Below are positions 10,334 to 20,120 of a DNA stretch of 64,000 nucleotides, piece by piece; positions within the stretch are counted from its first letter, which is position 1, and each line of letters starts with the position of its first letter. The notes under the pieces are model-generated. The model did no database searches and had not been told where the DNA came from. It saw nothing but the letters and a program-made list of their open reading frames with translations. This DNA is from an uncultured Spirochaetales bacterium. GTDB taxonomy: Bacteria > Spirochaetota > Spirochaetia > CAZAKE01. Made by a program: the position numbers and the translations under genes. The DNA is taken from NCBI GenBank assembly GCA_964485495.1, contig CAZAKE010000002.1, positions 5,419 through 69,418 on the forward strand, read 5' to 3'.

Positions 10334-10495
10334 GGTACGCCGCTTCCTGTTTGCTTTTTGATACGGCCTACTGTTGATAGTCATAATACTTCTCCTTTTC
10401 GATAATATACTACTATTTCAAAAAATGGCGAATGATTCTTCTGTTTTCTCTTCATCACGGATAGCGGTGGCGAATCTCTCCGATACCGCATCCGG

Positions 10496-11536
10496 TTACG
10501 TCTCAGCGTAATCATGATATATGGTTCGAATCTCTTCGAGGTTTTCGAGGAAGTGATCTATGAGATGGCCGTCAAAATGACGGTCTTTTTCATCGGAGAG
10601 GTATCCTACGGCCTTCTCGAAAGACCACGCGTCCTTATACGGACGGTCCGATGTGAGCGCGTCGAATACATCCGTAATCGCCACGATCCGGCCGAATATC
10701 GGGATGGACTCGCCGGAGAGTCCTGCCGGATAGCCGGATCCGTCGTACTTCTCGTGGTGGGTGAGCGCTATCTGGGCACCTGCGACCAGAAAATGGCTCT
10801 TGGTTCGTTGGATGATCTCGAATCCCTTGGTGGGATGTGATTTCATGATCTGAAACTCTTCGGCCGTCAATCTCCCGGGTTTGAGAAGGATCTGGTCCGG
10901 TATGGCGATCTTGCCTACATCGTGAAGGGGTGCGGCTCGAAATATCAACTCCTGTTTGTCCGATTCTTCCCCCGATGCTCTCGCCAGTATTTTCGAGTAG
11001 TGAGCGACACGCATGATGTGGTTTCCCGTTTCCGGATCTTTATACTCGGCCGCCTTACCGAGTACGGAGAGGGTTTCGAATTCCCGCTGTCTGAGGTTTT
11101 CGGTTGCCTTCCGGACCTCATCTTCGAGCATGGTGGCCCAGTTCTTGTAGAACAACTGAGCGGTTCGCATATCCGAAAGATTTTTCACGCGTGCGGAGAA
11201 TTCGCCGATATCCAACGGCTTGTTCAGGAAATCTGTGGCTCCGCTCTTCAATGCCTTGAGTTTCAACTCGCTGTCCGAGGTAACCGCCGTTATCATGATG
11301 ATGGGGATGTCGCTCTTGTGAATCCTCGTGTTGCGTATGAATTCTATTCCATCCATATCGGGCATCAGGTAGTCGACGAAGGCCATGTCTACCTCGTTGT
11401 TTTCAATATATTCCAGCGCTTCCAACGGATTGAGGAAACTGGTCACATCCAGTTTAAGCTCCTTACTCATCTCCTCGATGAGCCTCAGGTTTATCCGTTC
11501 GTCGTCAACGGAGACGACCCTCATGTTTCTATCCAT
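10496..11536 (-). CDS. response regulator with HD-GYP phosphodiesterase domain (RpfG-like, c-di-GMP)
   Basis: N-terminal REC domain (VDYLMPDMDG), then HD...HHEKYDGSGYP. GGAGTGAGG RBS. Confidence 0.85.
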   Translation of the reverse strand: MDRNMRVVSVDDERINLRLIEEMSKELKLDVTSFLNPLEALEYIENNEVDMAFVDYLMPDMDGIEFIRNTRIHKSDIPIIMITAVTSDSELKLKALKSGATDFLNKPLDIGEFSARVKNLSDMRTAQLFYKNWATMLEDEVRKATENLRQREFETLSVLGKAAEYKDPETGNHIMRVAHYSKILARASGEESDKQELIFRAAPLHDVGKIAIPDQILLKPGRLTAEEFQIMKSHPTKGFEIIQRTKSHFLVAGAQIALTHHEKYDGSGYPAGLSGESIPIFGRIVAITDVFDALTSDRPYKDAWSFEKAVGYLSDEKDRHFDGHLIDHFLENLEEIRTIYHDYAET

Positions 11537-11793
11537 CTATCGCCTCACTCCTTGCGTATATCGGTACCAGACCAACTGTTTGAACTATCCCGCGTCGTTG
11601 ATGCCGCAGACGGTGGTTCACCCGATATGTTCGATCACACACTTTACTTTGTACCGTCGGTACCCTATAGTCATACCGTATACTACGAGATATAGCCATC
11701 AATACCAATCCACGAATGGGAATGGTTCTCTCATGCCGTAGGCTGGGGGGTTCGTTGCTCGAGAATCGAGCCGGCTATGAGTCGAGGTGTGTC

Positions 11794-12135
11794 ATGGGCG
11801 AACGAAAGATAGATATTCAAGAGGTTGCACAAACCCTGCGGCTTCCCGAAGATGTGATTGTCGAACTCGTTGAAGAGTTATTGGACAGCAAGGATACCTT
11901 CTTGGAGGCGCTGAAGGGAGCGGTCGTAAGCGGAGACAATGAGAAGATTCGAGCCGAGGCACATAAGCTCAAAGGGGCGTCTTCGAATCTTCGTGTGACT
12001 TCTATCGCCGACTTAGCCCTGACGATGGAGACGGCCGCTCGTAGCGGAGAGAGCATCGACCATCAAGAGATGCTGGTAAAAATCTCCGACGAATTCGATG
12101 CGGTACGAACCTACCTGGATTCTCAATCGAATTGA
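11794..12135 (+). CDS. Hpt (histidine phosphotransfer) domain protein
   Basis: All-helical small protein with an HKLKGASSNL motif typical of Hpt. Divergent from the HD-GYP regulator. Confidence 0.6.
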   Translation: MGERKIDIQEVAQTLRLPEDVIVELVEELLDSKDTFLEALKGAVVSGDNEKIRAEAHKLKGASSNLRVTSIADLALTMETAARSGESIDHQEMLVKISDEFDAVRTYLDSQSN

Positions 12136-12376
12136 CCGGCCGATACCGTCGGGCTCACCGCTTCCATCCTCATGAATATCACACATCGATAGGCATTGCC
12201 TATGTACCCGGCGCGTGGAACTATAGGGGATTCCCCTATGGTGACATAGGGAAAAACCTCAGTGTAAGTCTCAAAGATGCCCGATAGCATATTGCCCTTC
12301 CGTCGATCATAGTTACGCTGCGGCCGATTGCCGAGGACATGGTGTATTGCGGTCGTGAAATCGAAGAACGGAAGGG

Positions 12377-13354
12377 ATGGCAATGGAAACAACCGGTACC
12401 CGTGAGAGCGAGATTATTAACGACAGACAAGATGGTGTAGAAGTAGATCCGCTGACGCTCTATTTGAAGCAGATCTCCTCCTATCCTTTACTCTCCAAGG
12501 AGGAGGAGCTGGAAATCGGTCAGAGCATCATGAAGAACAAGCTGGTGTTGGATGAACTCGACCAGATGATGCGAGACGAGCAGATCTCCCGAGCCGATTA
12601 CCTTCATGAAAAGCATACGGCCGAGGTGGTGTTGGACTCCGACCGCCAACGGATGATCACGTCAAATCTTCGGTTGGTGGTTTCCATTGCAAAGAAATTT
12701 CAGCATAGGGGATTGAGTTTTCTCGATCTCATCGATGAAGGCAATATCGGTCTGATCGAAGCCGTGGAGCGGTTTGATTACACCAAGGGCTGTAAGTTTT
12801 CGACCTATGGTACCTGGTGGATTCAACAGGCCGTCATCAAGGCACTCGCCGACAAGGGCCGTACGATTCGTATTCCCATCCATGTTCTCAATTCGATTCG
12901 AAAATGTTTCTCCGTATCCAAGCATCTCACCCAGGAACTCGGACGGGACCCAAGCTGCAAGGAGATCGCGGACTTTATGGAGATGCCGGATAACAAGGTC
13001 AAGAAGATCATGGAGTATTCGGGTGAAACCGCATCCCTCGACGTCACCGTCGACGATGAAAACGTTACATGTCTCTCAGATCTGATCTGCAGTGATGACT
13101 ACAGCGAACCGTTCGAGAGTGTATTTCATACCAATCTGCGTGACATACTCGATGAAACGTTGGAGTTGCTCAGCGAACGAGAACGTATTATCATCATCTA
13201 CCGATACGGTCTCCACGGCGAAGGTCCCCTCACGTTGGAAGAGATCGGGAAAATTCTCGGAATCACCAGGGAGCGGGTTCGGCAGATACAGAATAAGGCT
13301 ATCGTGAAGATGCGGAGTTTCACCGCCATACAGGAGCTGGAAGAGGTCCTCTGA
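12377..13354 (+). CDS. RNA polymerase sigma factor, sigma-70 family (group 1/2, RpoD/RpoS-like)
   Basis: Region 1.2 (DPLTLYLKQIS), region 2 (FSTYGTWWIQQAV), region 3, region 4 HTH (LTLEEIGKILGITRERVRQIQNKA). Confidence 0.85.
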   Translation: MAMETTGTRESEIINDRQDGVEVDPLTLYLKQISSYPLLSKEEELEIGQSIMKNKLVLDELDQMMRDEQISRADYLHEKHTAEVVLDSDRQRMITSNLRLVVSIAKKFQHRGLSFLDLIDEGNIGLIEAVERFDYTKGCKFSTYGTWWIQQAVIKALADKGRTIRIPIHVLNSIRKCFSVSKHLTQELGRDPSCKEIADFMEMPDNKVKKIMEYSGETASLDVTVDDENVTCLSDLICSDDYSEPFESVFHTNLRDILDETLELLSERERIIIIYRYGLHGEGPLTLEEIGKILGITRERVRQIQNKAIVKMRSFTAIQELEEVL

Positions 13355-13644
13355 AACCAACGTTCTCGCGATCTGCCGATTCCTCAATCGATTGCCGTGA
13401 CGGTGTGATTCTTTCTCGATGGAGGGTCGTATCGTGATAATTCTCCGCGAATTTATTTGAAATGTCCGGGAGCAGATCGTATAATCATGGTAAGTGTCCT
13501 GGGAGTTACGGCACACGCCGGGCAACTGACGAAGTCCTGAGGCGACATTCGGGAGTACTCTCGGCAATATGCACGTCGGTTATGGTGCGTTGATTGTGAT
13601 ATCGTCGGTATTGCGGGAGTATTGAGAGTAAAGGTGGAGATAGT

Positions 13645-14010
13645 ATGGGCAAGACGGTATTAGTGGTAGATGACTCGAAAGCAATACGTCAGAGTATCAC
13701 CTTTGTCCTTGAACAGAACGGGTACGAAGTCATCGAGGGGTCTGACGGCATGGATGGCCTCGAACAGTTGAAAGATTCCACTGTCGACCTGATCATAACG
13801 GATATCAACATGCCGAACCTGGACGGCATCGGGTTTATCGAGAAGGCCAGGGAACGGCAAGAGACGAAATTTGTGCCCATACTCGTCCTCACCACCGAGT
13901 CGCAGCAATCGATGATGGAACGTGGCAAGGCGGCCGGTGCCACCGGTTGGATCGTCAAGCCGTTCAGCACAGACAAACTCATGGCCGCCGTGAAGAAGGT
14001 GTGCGGCTAA
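13645..14010 (+). CDS. single-domain response regulator (CheY-like receiver)
   Basis: VLVVDDS...DLIITDINMPNLDG...KPF. 121 aa with no output domain. Confidence 0.85.
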   Translation: MGKTVLVVDDSKAIRQSITFVLEQNGYEVIEGSDGMDGLEQLKDSTVDLIITDINMPNLDGIGFIEKARERQETKFVPILVLTTESQQSMMERGKAAGATGWIVKPFSTDKLMAAVKKVCG

Positions 14011-14144
14011 TCCAATACCGCCTTCTAAAAGAATTTCTGGTCGTTCTCCGCATTAATCCAATGAAACCTGTCTGAATTGACACAATTTCCAGCATGGAGT
14101 ATTCCTACAGTTCATCTAATCCTACTTCCCACCGAGGCATCTAT

Positions 14145-15152
14145 ATGAAGGATCGGGTTGAGAAGAAGCGTCTCGCAATCCTCAGAGTTTTGCAAGCCTC
14201 GCGGGGCCCTTTGAGCAGTCAGAAGATCACTGAGATACTCAACACGTCGGGTGTCGATATCAGCGAACGGACGGTCCGGTTCCATCTCCAGTATCTCGAT
14301 CAGGAGGGCCTTACTCGATATATGGACCGTCAGGGACGGATCATCACCGAATTAGGCAAGGATGAGGTGGATAACGCTCGGGCCTTCGAACGCGTAGGGT
14401 TTCTAGCGGATCGGATCGATCAGATGTCCTATGCCATGGATTTCGATCTGAAGACTCATACCGGAAAGGTAGTGGTAAACATCAGTTTTATCGAACGATC
14501 GCAGCTGAAGATGGCCTGTCCACTGATGTATCGTGTGTACGAGGCGGGATACGCCATGGGTACCATGATTACCCTACTTTCTCCGGGTGAATATGTCGGC
14601 GATATGATGGTCCCTGAGGGCTGGGTCGGCATCGGGACCGTCTGCTCCATTACCGTGAACGGAATACTTCTCTCTCAGGGGGTTCCGATCCACTCTCGAT
14701 TCGGCGGCCTGCTGGAGCTTCAGGATAGGGAACCTACGAGATTCGTGGCCATCATCAAGTATGATGGAACGAGTCTCGATCCCTTGGAGATTTTCATCCG
14801 TAGCGGCATGACCGACTATTCGGGGGCGACCGCGACCGGAAGCGGCTTGATCGGCGCGAGTTTCCGCGAATTTCCTGCCGAGGCGAAAGAGCTCGTCGAG
14901 GAGATTGAAGACGAGATGCGCACTATCGGGTTGGGATGTATCATGGAGATCGGCATGCCCGGTCAGCCGCTGATGGAGGTACCGGTGAGTTGGGGAAACG
15001 TCGGGGCTATCATCATAGGGGGACTCAACCCGGTGGCGATACTCGAGGAACACGGCATGAAGGTTCGCTCCAAGGCACTTTCCGGGTTGTTAGATTTCGA
15101 CCGCTTGTTTCCCTACACGGAACTGGATGAGAGGGCAAGTTCGTTCATCTGA
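14145..15152 (+). CDS. NrpR-like regulator (winged-helix plus DUF128/NrpR regulatory domains)
   Basis: N-terminal wHTH (KKRLAILRVL...ISERTVRFHLQYLDQEGL) followed by a region resembling the euryarchaeal nitrogen repressor NrpR sensor domains (KVVVNISFIER...). Family call from memory of motif pattern. ORF opens at 14094; ATG 14145 aligns better. Confidence 0.5.
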   Translation: MKDRVEKKRLAILRVLQASRGPLSSQKITEILNTSGVDISERTVRFHLQYLDQEGLTRYMDRQGRIITELGKDEVDNARAFERVGFLADRIDQMSYAMDFDLKTHTGKVVVNISFIERSQLKMACPLMYRVYEAGYAMGTMITLLSPGEYVGDMMVPEGWVGIGTVCSITVNGILLSQGVPIHSRFGGLLELQDREPTRFVAIIKYDGTSLDPLEIFIRSGMTDYSGATATGSGLIGASFREFPAEAKELVEEIEDEMRTIGLGCIMEIGMPGQPLMEVPVSWGNVGAIIIGGLNPVAILEEHGMKVRSKALSGLLDFDRLFPYTELDERASSFI

Positions 15153-15255
15153 GATTCTTCCTGCCGATTTCATGCAGCGAAATCATGCACAGCCACACAG
15201 CGATAAATCGGAAACCTGAAGCATAGAGGTGAAGGATCGCTCCGCCGGCACACTC

Positions 15256-17103
15256 TCAGCGCGGCAGGTGTATGGTGAACGTGGTGCCGTCGGTCTCATT
15301 CGATTGTACCGTCAGGTATCCACCGTGCGCCTCCGTGAAAATCTTCGCGATGGTTGTGCCCAGTCCGGTGCCCCCATGTTCAGACTTGGTGGTGTTGTAT
15401 TTTTCGAAGATCGTCAGGAGACGTTCCGGAGGAATCGGGTCACCGCCGTTGGTCACGCTGATATCCACATAATCTGCCGTATCTGCGGAGATCGAGATGA
15501 CAATCCTGTCCGGGTCATGCTCCCAGGCGTTGTAGATCAGATTCTTGAGAACCCTCTGCATCTTCCCCGAATCATGGGGTACCCTCGATTCGATCCCCTC
15601 TTCAACACGGAGCGTATACTGGTATTCGTGGTCCACGGAGATGAGTCCGGCACTCGCCTTCGCCGCATGTGCCGACCGAATGGCGTGTTTACTCTCTTCG
15701 ACGGCGGCGTTCACGGTCTCCACCAGATCGATCTCCTCCTTGTGGATCGTGATTCGGCCCTCCTCGTACGCCTGGATTTCCCTGGTCATCTCGACGATTG
15801 CGTTGAGCGTCAGTGCGCTGTGTCTCACCACCTGGATGATTTCGGACTGTTCCTCCGGGCTCATGGAGTCTTCGGGATCGGCAAGCATGCCGGTGAATCC
15901 GACGATTGCGTTCAGCGGATTTTTAATCTCATGGCGGATGAAACTCTCCCACTCGTATCTGAGTGCCTCTGCAGACTTTTCATTCGAGATATCTCTTAGG
16001 AGGACGATATACTCTCCCTCTTCCGGCCGGCTCGTGCGGCTTTTGATCGAGACCCGTACGGGCATATCGGGCCTGTTCTGTGCTCGTAGCCACCCGTCGA
16101 TGGAGACGACATCACTCTCGGTCATGTCATGGGCAAGGGATGTAAGGAGGATCTTTTCCCACTCTCCGCTCCTGTTGGTACGATAGATATTGAGCATCGA
16201 ATCGATCTCGGTACCAATCAGTTCGGGTATCGTCGTACCGATCAGGTCGCACAAACTCCTGTTGGCCATCAGTACGGTTCCCATTAAATCCATGGCACAC
16301 AAGCCCTCTTCGAGGGCCTGAATCGTGGCGTCGAGGAAATCTCTTTCTACTTCGATAGAGTCGATGAGAACATTGAGAGAGTCGGTCATTCTATTGATAT
16401 GCGATGTCACTCGTGATATTTCGTCCTTGCCGTCGATGTGGATCCTGAGTGATCTCTCGCCGGCGATTATCCTTCCGGTTGCCTGTTCCAGTAGACGGAG
16501 TCGGTTTATCACGGTTCTTCGAATTGCGAGCAACTGAAAGGGGATGAACGCCAGCAGCATTCCTACCGTCATAATTCCCATATATGCGCGGATTATATAG
16601 ATTCGATCGTGGACCTCTTCGAGATAAACGAGGGTGAGTAACGTTCCGACTCTATCCGGTCCCTGCTTGATGGGTGTTGGTATGGAATAGATGAAGTTAC
16701 TACTCGTACCCGTTTGCCGGGGAATGGGTAGGATTCGTTCGGGCGGGATCTTCTGGAGGCTTTGTGGGAATGGATCGATATCTGGAGGAGTCGCCTTGTA
16801 TCTGCATCGCCCGTCCGCATCGAAGACCCCGAACCCGATGATTTTCTCTCTCCCTGAGAGAAAAGAGGTGACCGTATCATCGATTGAGGTTGTACTATCC
16901 ACCCCCGCTTCGCTATGGAGGATCGGCGCCAGGGTTTCTGCAAGAGTTCGACTGCTCTCCACGGCCTTCCCGGATGCTTCGACGATCAGCGCCCTCTCGA
17001 TTCCTAAAGAGATACCGATCGTTAGGACCACCGCGATGATACTGCCTATTGCGCCCAGCAGTGCTGTAATTTTCGTAGTAAGAGAACGGAATATTGGAAA
17101 CAT
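15256..17103 (-). CDS. sensor histidine kinase (TM sensor, HAMP, PAS, HisKA, HATPase_c)
   Basis: Two TM segments flanking a periplasmic region, H-box HEIKNPLNAI, G-boxes GGTGLGTTIAK. Confidence 0.85.
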   Translation of the reverse strand: MFPIFRSLTTKITALLGAIGSIIAVVLTIGISLGIERALIVEASGKAVESSRTLAETLAPILHSEAGVDSTTSIDDTVTSFLSGREKIIGFGVFDADGRCRYKATPPDIDPFPQSLQKIPPERILPIPRQTGTSSNFIYSIPTPIKQGPDRVGTLLTLVYLEEVHDRIYIIRAYMGIMTVGMLLAFIPFQLLAIRRTVINRLRLLEQATGRIIAGERSLRIHIDGKDEISRVTSHINRMTDSLNVLIDSIEVERDFLDATIQALEEGLCAMDLMGTVLMANRSLCDLIGTTIPELIGTEIDSMLNIYRTNRSGEWEKILLTSLAHDMTESDVVSIDGWLRAQNRPDMPVRVSIKSRTSRPEEGEYIVLLRDISNEKSAEALRYEWESFIRHEIKNPLNAIVGFTGMLADPEDSMSPEEQSEIIQVVRHSALTLNAIVEMTREIQAYEEGRITIHKEEIDLVETVNAAVEESKHAIRSAHAAKASAGLISVDHEYQYTLRVEEGIESRVPHDSGKMQRVLKNLIYNAWEHDPDRIVISISADTADYVDISVTNGGDPIPPERLLTIFEKYNTTKSEHGGTGLGTTIAKIFTEAHGGYLTVQSNETDGTTFTIHLPR

Positions 17104-17171
17104 AGTTCATAGTATAGAAAGATTGAATCTCGACCGCTACAGAGAAAGGACGCGTTTTACAAACCTTTTTC

Positions 17172-17249
17172 TTGACAACCTATGACAGCAATGCTACTGT
17201 GTCTTGTGGCAATCCGTTGCCGGCAATAGATTGCCGGTAATTTGTTGCC
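17172..17249 (+). promoter_or_regulatory. sigma70-like promoter (TTGACA-17-TACTGT) followed by an array of three abutting GGCAA-N4-TTGCC palindromes
   Basis: TTGACA at 17172 and TACTGT at 17195. Palindromes at 17208-17249 (GGCAAtccgTTGCC GGCAAtagaTTGCC GGTAAtttgTTGCC) lie between the putative +1 and the RBS of the 17310 gene. Confidence 0.4.
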
Positions 17250-17309
17250 ATGTAATCTCGATTCTTGACGCAAACCCACGAAAAAACAAAGAGGAACGAG
17301 GAGGAACCA

Positions 17310-18950
17310 ATGGTTCAGTATCCGAAGACGAATGATGCGTTGGGCACGGTGAACCGCGGCAATCCGTGTGAATCAGGTCTGTGTACGCTTTGTCGGGCAG
17401 ATTGCAAGGGCAAGTGTGAGACATGGCTCTCGAGTATGCTGGGGCGGAAGCTGCTGTATCCCCGTGACTACGGCTGGATCACGGCGGGCAGCTCAAACGT
17501 GACCCATTTAGGAGTCGCCTACGATGCACTCCGTATTCAAGGGTATGTGTACGGATCCGGAGGACAGGCTCCGGGACTGAGTAATAGTGCGGACGACTGT
17601 ATCTTCCCGAACGTCTCGGTGGAAACTGAGTTCGGGAAAGAGGTGAAGACCAAGGCACGGGTGCCGGTGATGACCGGAGCGCTGGGGTCCACCTTCATCG
17701 CCGCTCGGTATTGGGATTCCTTCTCCATCGGCGCCGCCCTGGTGGGCTTCCCCATCGTGGTCGGAGAGAATGTCGTCGGTATCGACAAGCAGGCCGTCAT
17801 CAAGAATGGAAAGATAGAGAAGGCCCCCGAGCTCGATCGACGTATCGAGACCTATCTCCGGTATTATGACGGGTATGGTGCGATCATCGTGCAGATGAAT
17901 GTCGAAGACACCAGAAACGGCGTCGCCGAATATGTCATAGACAAGTATGGCGACAAGGTCATCCTCGAACTGAAGTGGGGACAGGGGGCGAAGGATATCG
18001 GCGGTGAGATCCAGGTCGAAGACCTCGACTACGCCCTCTTCCTGAAGGAGCGCGGCTATGTGGTGGATCCCGATCCTACCATCCCCGAGGTTCAGGAGGC
18101 GTTCAAGCGGCATGCCATCAAGTCGTTCGCCCGTCACAGTAGACTCGGATATACCGATCTCTCCGGTCCCGATCAGGTGGAAGCCGCGTTCATGGATGCG
18201 GTCGGACACCTTCGAAAGCTGGGATACAAGAGGGTTACCCTCAAGACCGGTTCCTACGGGATGGAAGCCCTGGCCATGTCGATCAAATACGCTACCAAGG
18301 CAAAACTCGACCTGCTTACTATCGACGGTTCCGGCGGCGGTACCGGCATGAGTCCTTGGAACATGATGGAGGCGTGGGGCGTCCCGTCGCTGTTCCTCCA
18401 TTCGAAGAGTTACGAATACGCCAAGATACTGGCCGACCAGGGAGAGGATGTCGTCGACCTGGCATTTGCCGGTGGGCTCGCACGCGAAGATCACATCTTC
18501 AAGGCACTTGCCCTCGGAGCTCCATTCACCAAACTGGTTTGCATGGGACGGTCATTGATGATTCCGGGATATCTAGGCTCCAATATCGAAGGCGCCTTGA
18601 AGCCCGACAAAAAGCTGATGGTCAACGGCCATTGGGACAGCCTTCCTGCGTCGGTGACCGCTCTCGGGTCATATCCTGAGGAGATCTTCGCAGGATACTT
18701 CGACATACAGAAGATGGTCGGCGAGGCCGAGATGAAAAAGGTGCCACTCGGCGCCGTAGCGGTCTGGACTCTGGCGGACAAGCTGTCCGCCGGCCTGCAA
18801 CAGCTCCTTGCGGGTGTCAGGAAGTTCGACGTCAACCTTCTGAGTCGAGACGACCTATTTTCCGCGAACCGTGAGACGGAGCGGGAGACGGGGATCCCCT
18901 TCATCACCGAGGTGCTGGACGACAAGGCAAAGAAGGTGCTTTCGAAGTAG
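17310..18950 (+). CDS. glutamate-synthase-family FMN-binding protein (GltS domain 2-like) with N-terminal Cys cluster
   Basis: TIDGSGGGTGMSP FMN-domain signature, TIM-barrel-like repeats, N-terminal CESGLCTLCRADCKGKC. GAGGAGGA RBS before the ATG at 17310. Confidence 0.7.
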   Translation: MVQYPKTNDALGTVNRGNPCESGLCTLCRADCKGKCETWLSSMLGRKLLYPRDYGWITAGSSNVTHLGVAYDALRIQGYVYGSGGQAPGLSNSADDCIFPNVSVETEFGKEVKTKARVPVMTGALGSTFIAARYWDSFSIGAALVGFPIVVGENVVGIDKQAVIKNGKIEKAPELDRRIETYLRYYDGYGAIIVQMNVEDTRNGVAEYVIDKYGDKVILELKWGQGAKDIGGEIQVEDLDYALFLKERGYVVDPDPTIPEVQEAFKRHAIKSFARHSRLGYTDLSGPDQVEAAFMDAVGHLRKLGYKRVTLKTGSYGMEALAMSIKYATKAKLDLLTIDGSGGGTGMSPWNMMEAWGVPSLFLHSKSYEYAKILADQGEDVVDLAFAGGLAREDHIFKALALGAPFTKLVCMGRSLMIPGYLGSNIEGALKPDKKLMVNGHWDSLPASVTALGSYPEEIFAGYFDIQKMVGEAEMKKVPLGAVAVWTLADKLSAGLQQLLAGVRKFDVNLLSRDDLFSANRETERETGIPFITEVLDDKAKKVLSK

Positions 18951-19273
18951 TAGAGTATGGAGGCCGTGTCCCTTCACGGCCTCGCGAATGCTCTACGGTG
19001 TACCCCATTCTCTCTCTACACCCTAACACCCTACGACCCACAACCGACGATATCACATCGTCGTGGAGCAGTGATGGGGTGGTTAGGGAAAAGAGTAGGA
19101 TTGCGTTCCCCGAAAATACTCCCGCAAAGATGTAACGTGTGATACAATAGAGGATACCCTTGACATCCACCTTTTCAGCCGGGTGTTCGGCGATGTAGAG
19201 GGGGAGTGGATGCGAGGTTTTGTGCATTGCATGAGATCTCAGGAGCACAATCGAGACAAGGAAGGTAGAGAAG

Positions 19274-19711
19274 ATGGAAACAGTGAAGGATCTCTTGAAG
19301 ACGAAGGGAAGCGAGGTGTATACGGTTTCGCCCGAAGACAAGATCATCGATGCGATGAAGGTGATGGCGGATAAAAATATCGGGGCCTTGATCGTGCTGA
19401 AAAACAGCGAGAAGGTCGTCGGCATCATCTCGGAGCGGGATTATGCTAGAAATGTAGCCCTCAAAGGGAAATCGTGCACCGATACGACCGTAGAGGAGAT
19501 CATGACTACCAAAGTCTCCGGAGTGACGCCCGATGTGACGGTAGATAGGTGTATGGCACTCATGACCGAACGGCGGATCCGGCATCTGCCGGTACTCGAG
19601 GGAAACAAGCTCGTAGGAGTTATCTCCATCGGTGACATCGTCAAGGCGGTCATCGTGGAGAAGCAGCACCTCATCGACGATCTCGAACACTACATAGCCG
19701 GCAGTCTCTGA
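19274..19711 (+). CDS. CBS domain pair protein
   Basis: Two CBS motifs (IGALIVL...VVGIISERD; RHLPVLE...LVGVISIGD). Confidence 0.8.
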   Translation: METVKDLLKTKGSEVYTVSPEDKIIDAMKVMADKNIGALIVLKNSEKVVGIISERDYARNVALKGKSCTDTTVEEIMTTKVSGVTPDVTVDRCMALMTERRIRHLPVLEGNKLVGVISIGDIVKAVIVEKQHLIDDLEHYIAGSL

Positions 19712-19776
19712 AGTCTGCATTGATTTTGTAACGAATAGTGTGTATTTTCCTGTGAAGAATGCGAGGAGCCAGATAA

Positions 19777-20019
19777 ATGAATCCAGCCACCTTGGGTGTT
19801 TTCGTCCCGATAATCGCTTTGAGTATCCCCATCGTCGCGATCATTGCCGGGACATTTTCTAAGAAATACAAACTCATGGACAGGGAACAGGTACGAAGGC
19901 TCGAGGCGTTGGAGGGGAAAGTACACGAGTTGGAAGCCCGCGTGTTGGATGTTTCCGGATCCGTCGATCAGCTGGAGGAGGATCAGTCCTTCGTAAAGAA
20001 GCTGCTGGAACAAAAATAG
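19777..20019 (+). CDS. small single-pass membrane protein with C-terminal coiled coil (PspB-like architecture)
   Basis: N-terminal TM helix (VFVPIIALSIPIVAIIAG) then a charged heptad-like region (RRLEALEGKVHELEARV). Confidence 0.4.
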   Translation: MNPATLGVFVPIIALSIPIVAIIAGTFSKKYKLMDREQVRRLEALEGKVHELEARVLDVSGSVDQLEEDQSFVKKLLEQK

Positions 20020-20120
20020 TCCGCGTCCGTCTTGGAATTTTCTCGAGATACGTACTAACAAATACTAACACTGGATGGCTATCGAAAACGGAAGTACTAT
20101 AAAAGGAGCATGCAAGTAGT

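Noticed and set aside
17201-17220. sigma54-like TGGCAA-N4-TTGC near the glutamate-synthase-like gene
   Set aside because: GG to GC spacing is one base short of the RpoN consensus, and the sequence is better explained as the first of the GGCAA-N4-TTGCC palindromes.
17508-18494. 328-aa minus-strand ORF
   Set aside because: Antisense to the GltS-family gene, which has strong motifs and an RBS. Asp/Gly/His-rich composition typical of antisense high-GC frames.
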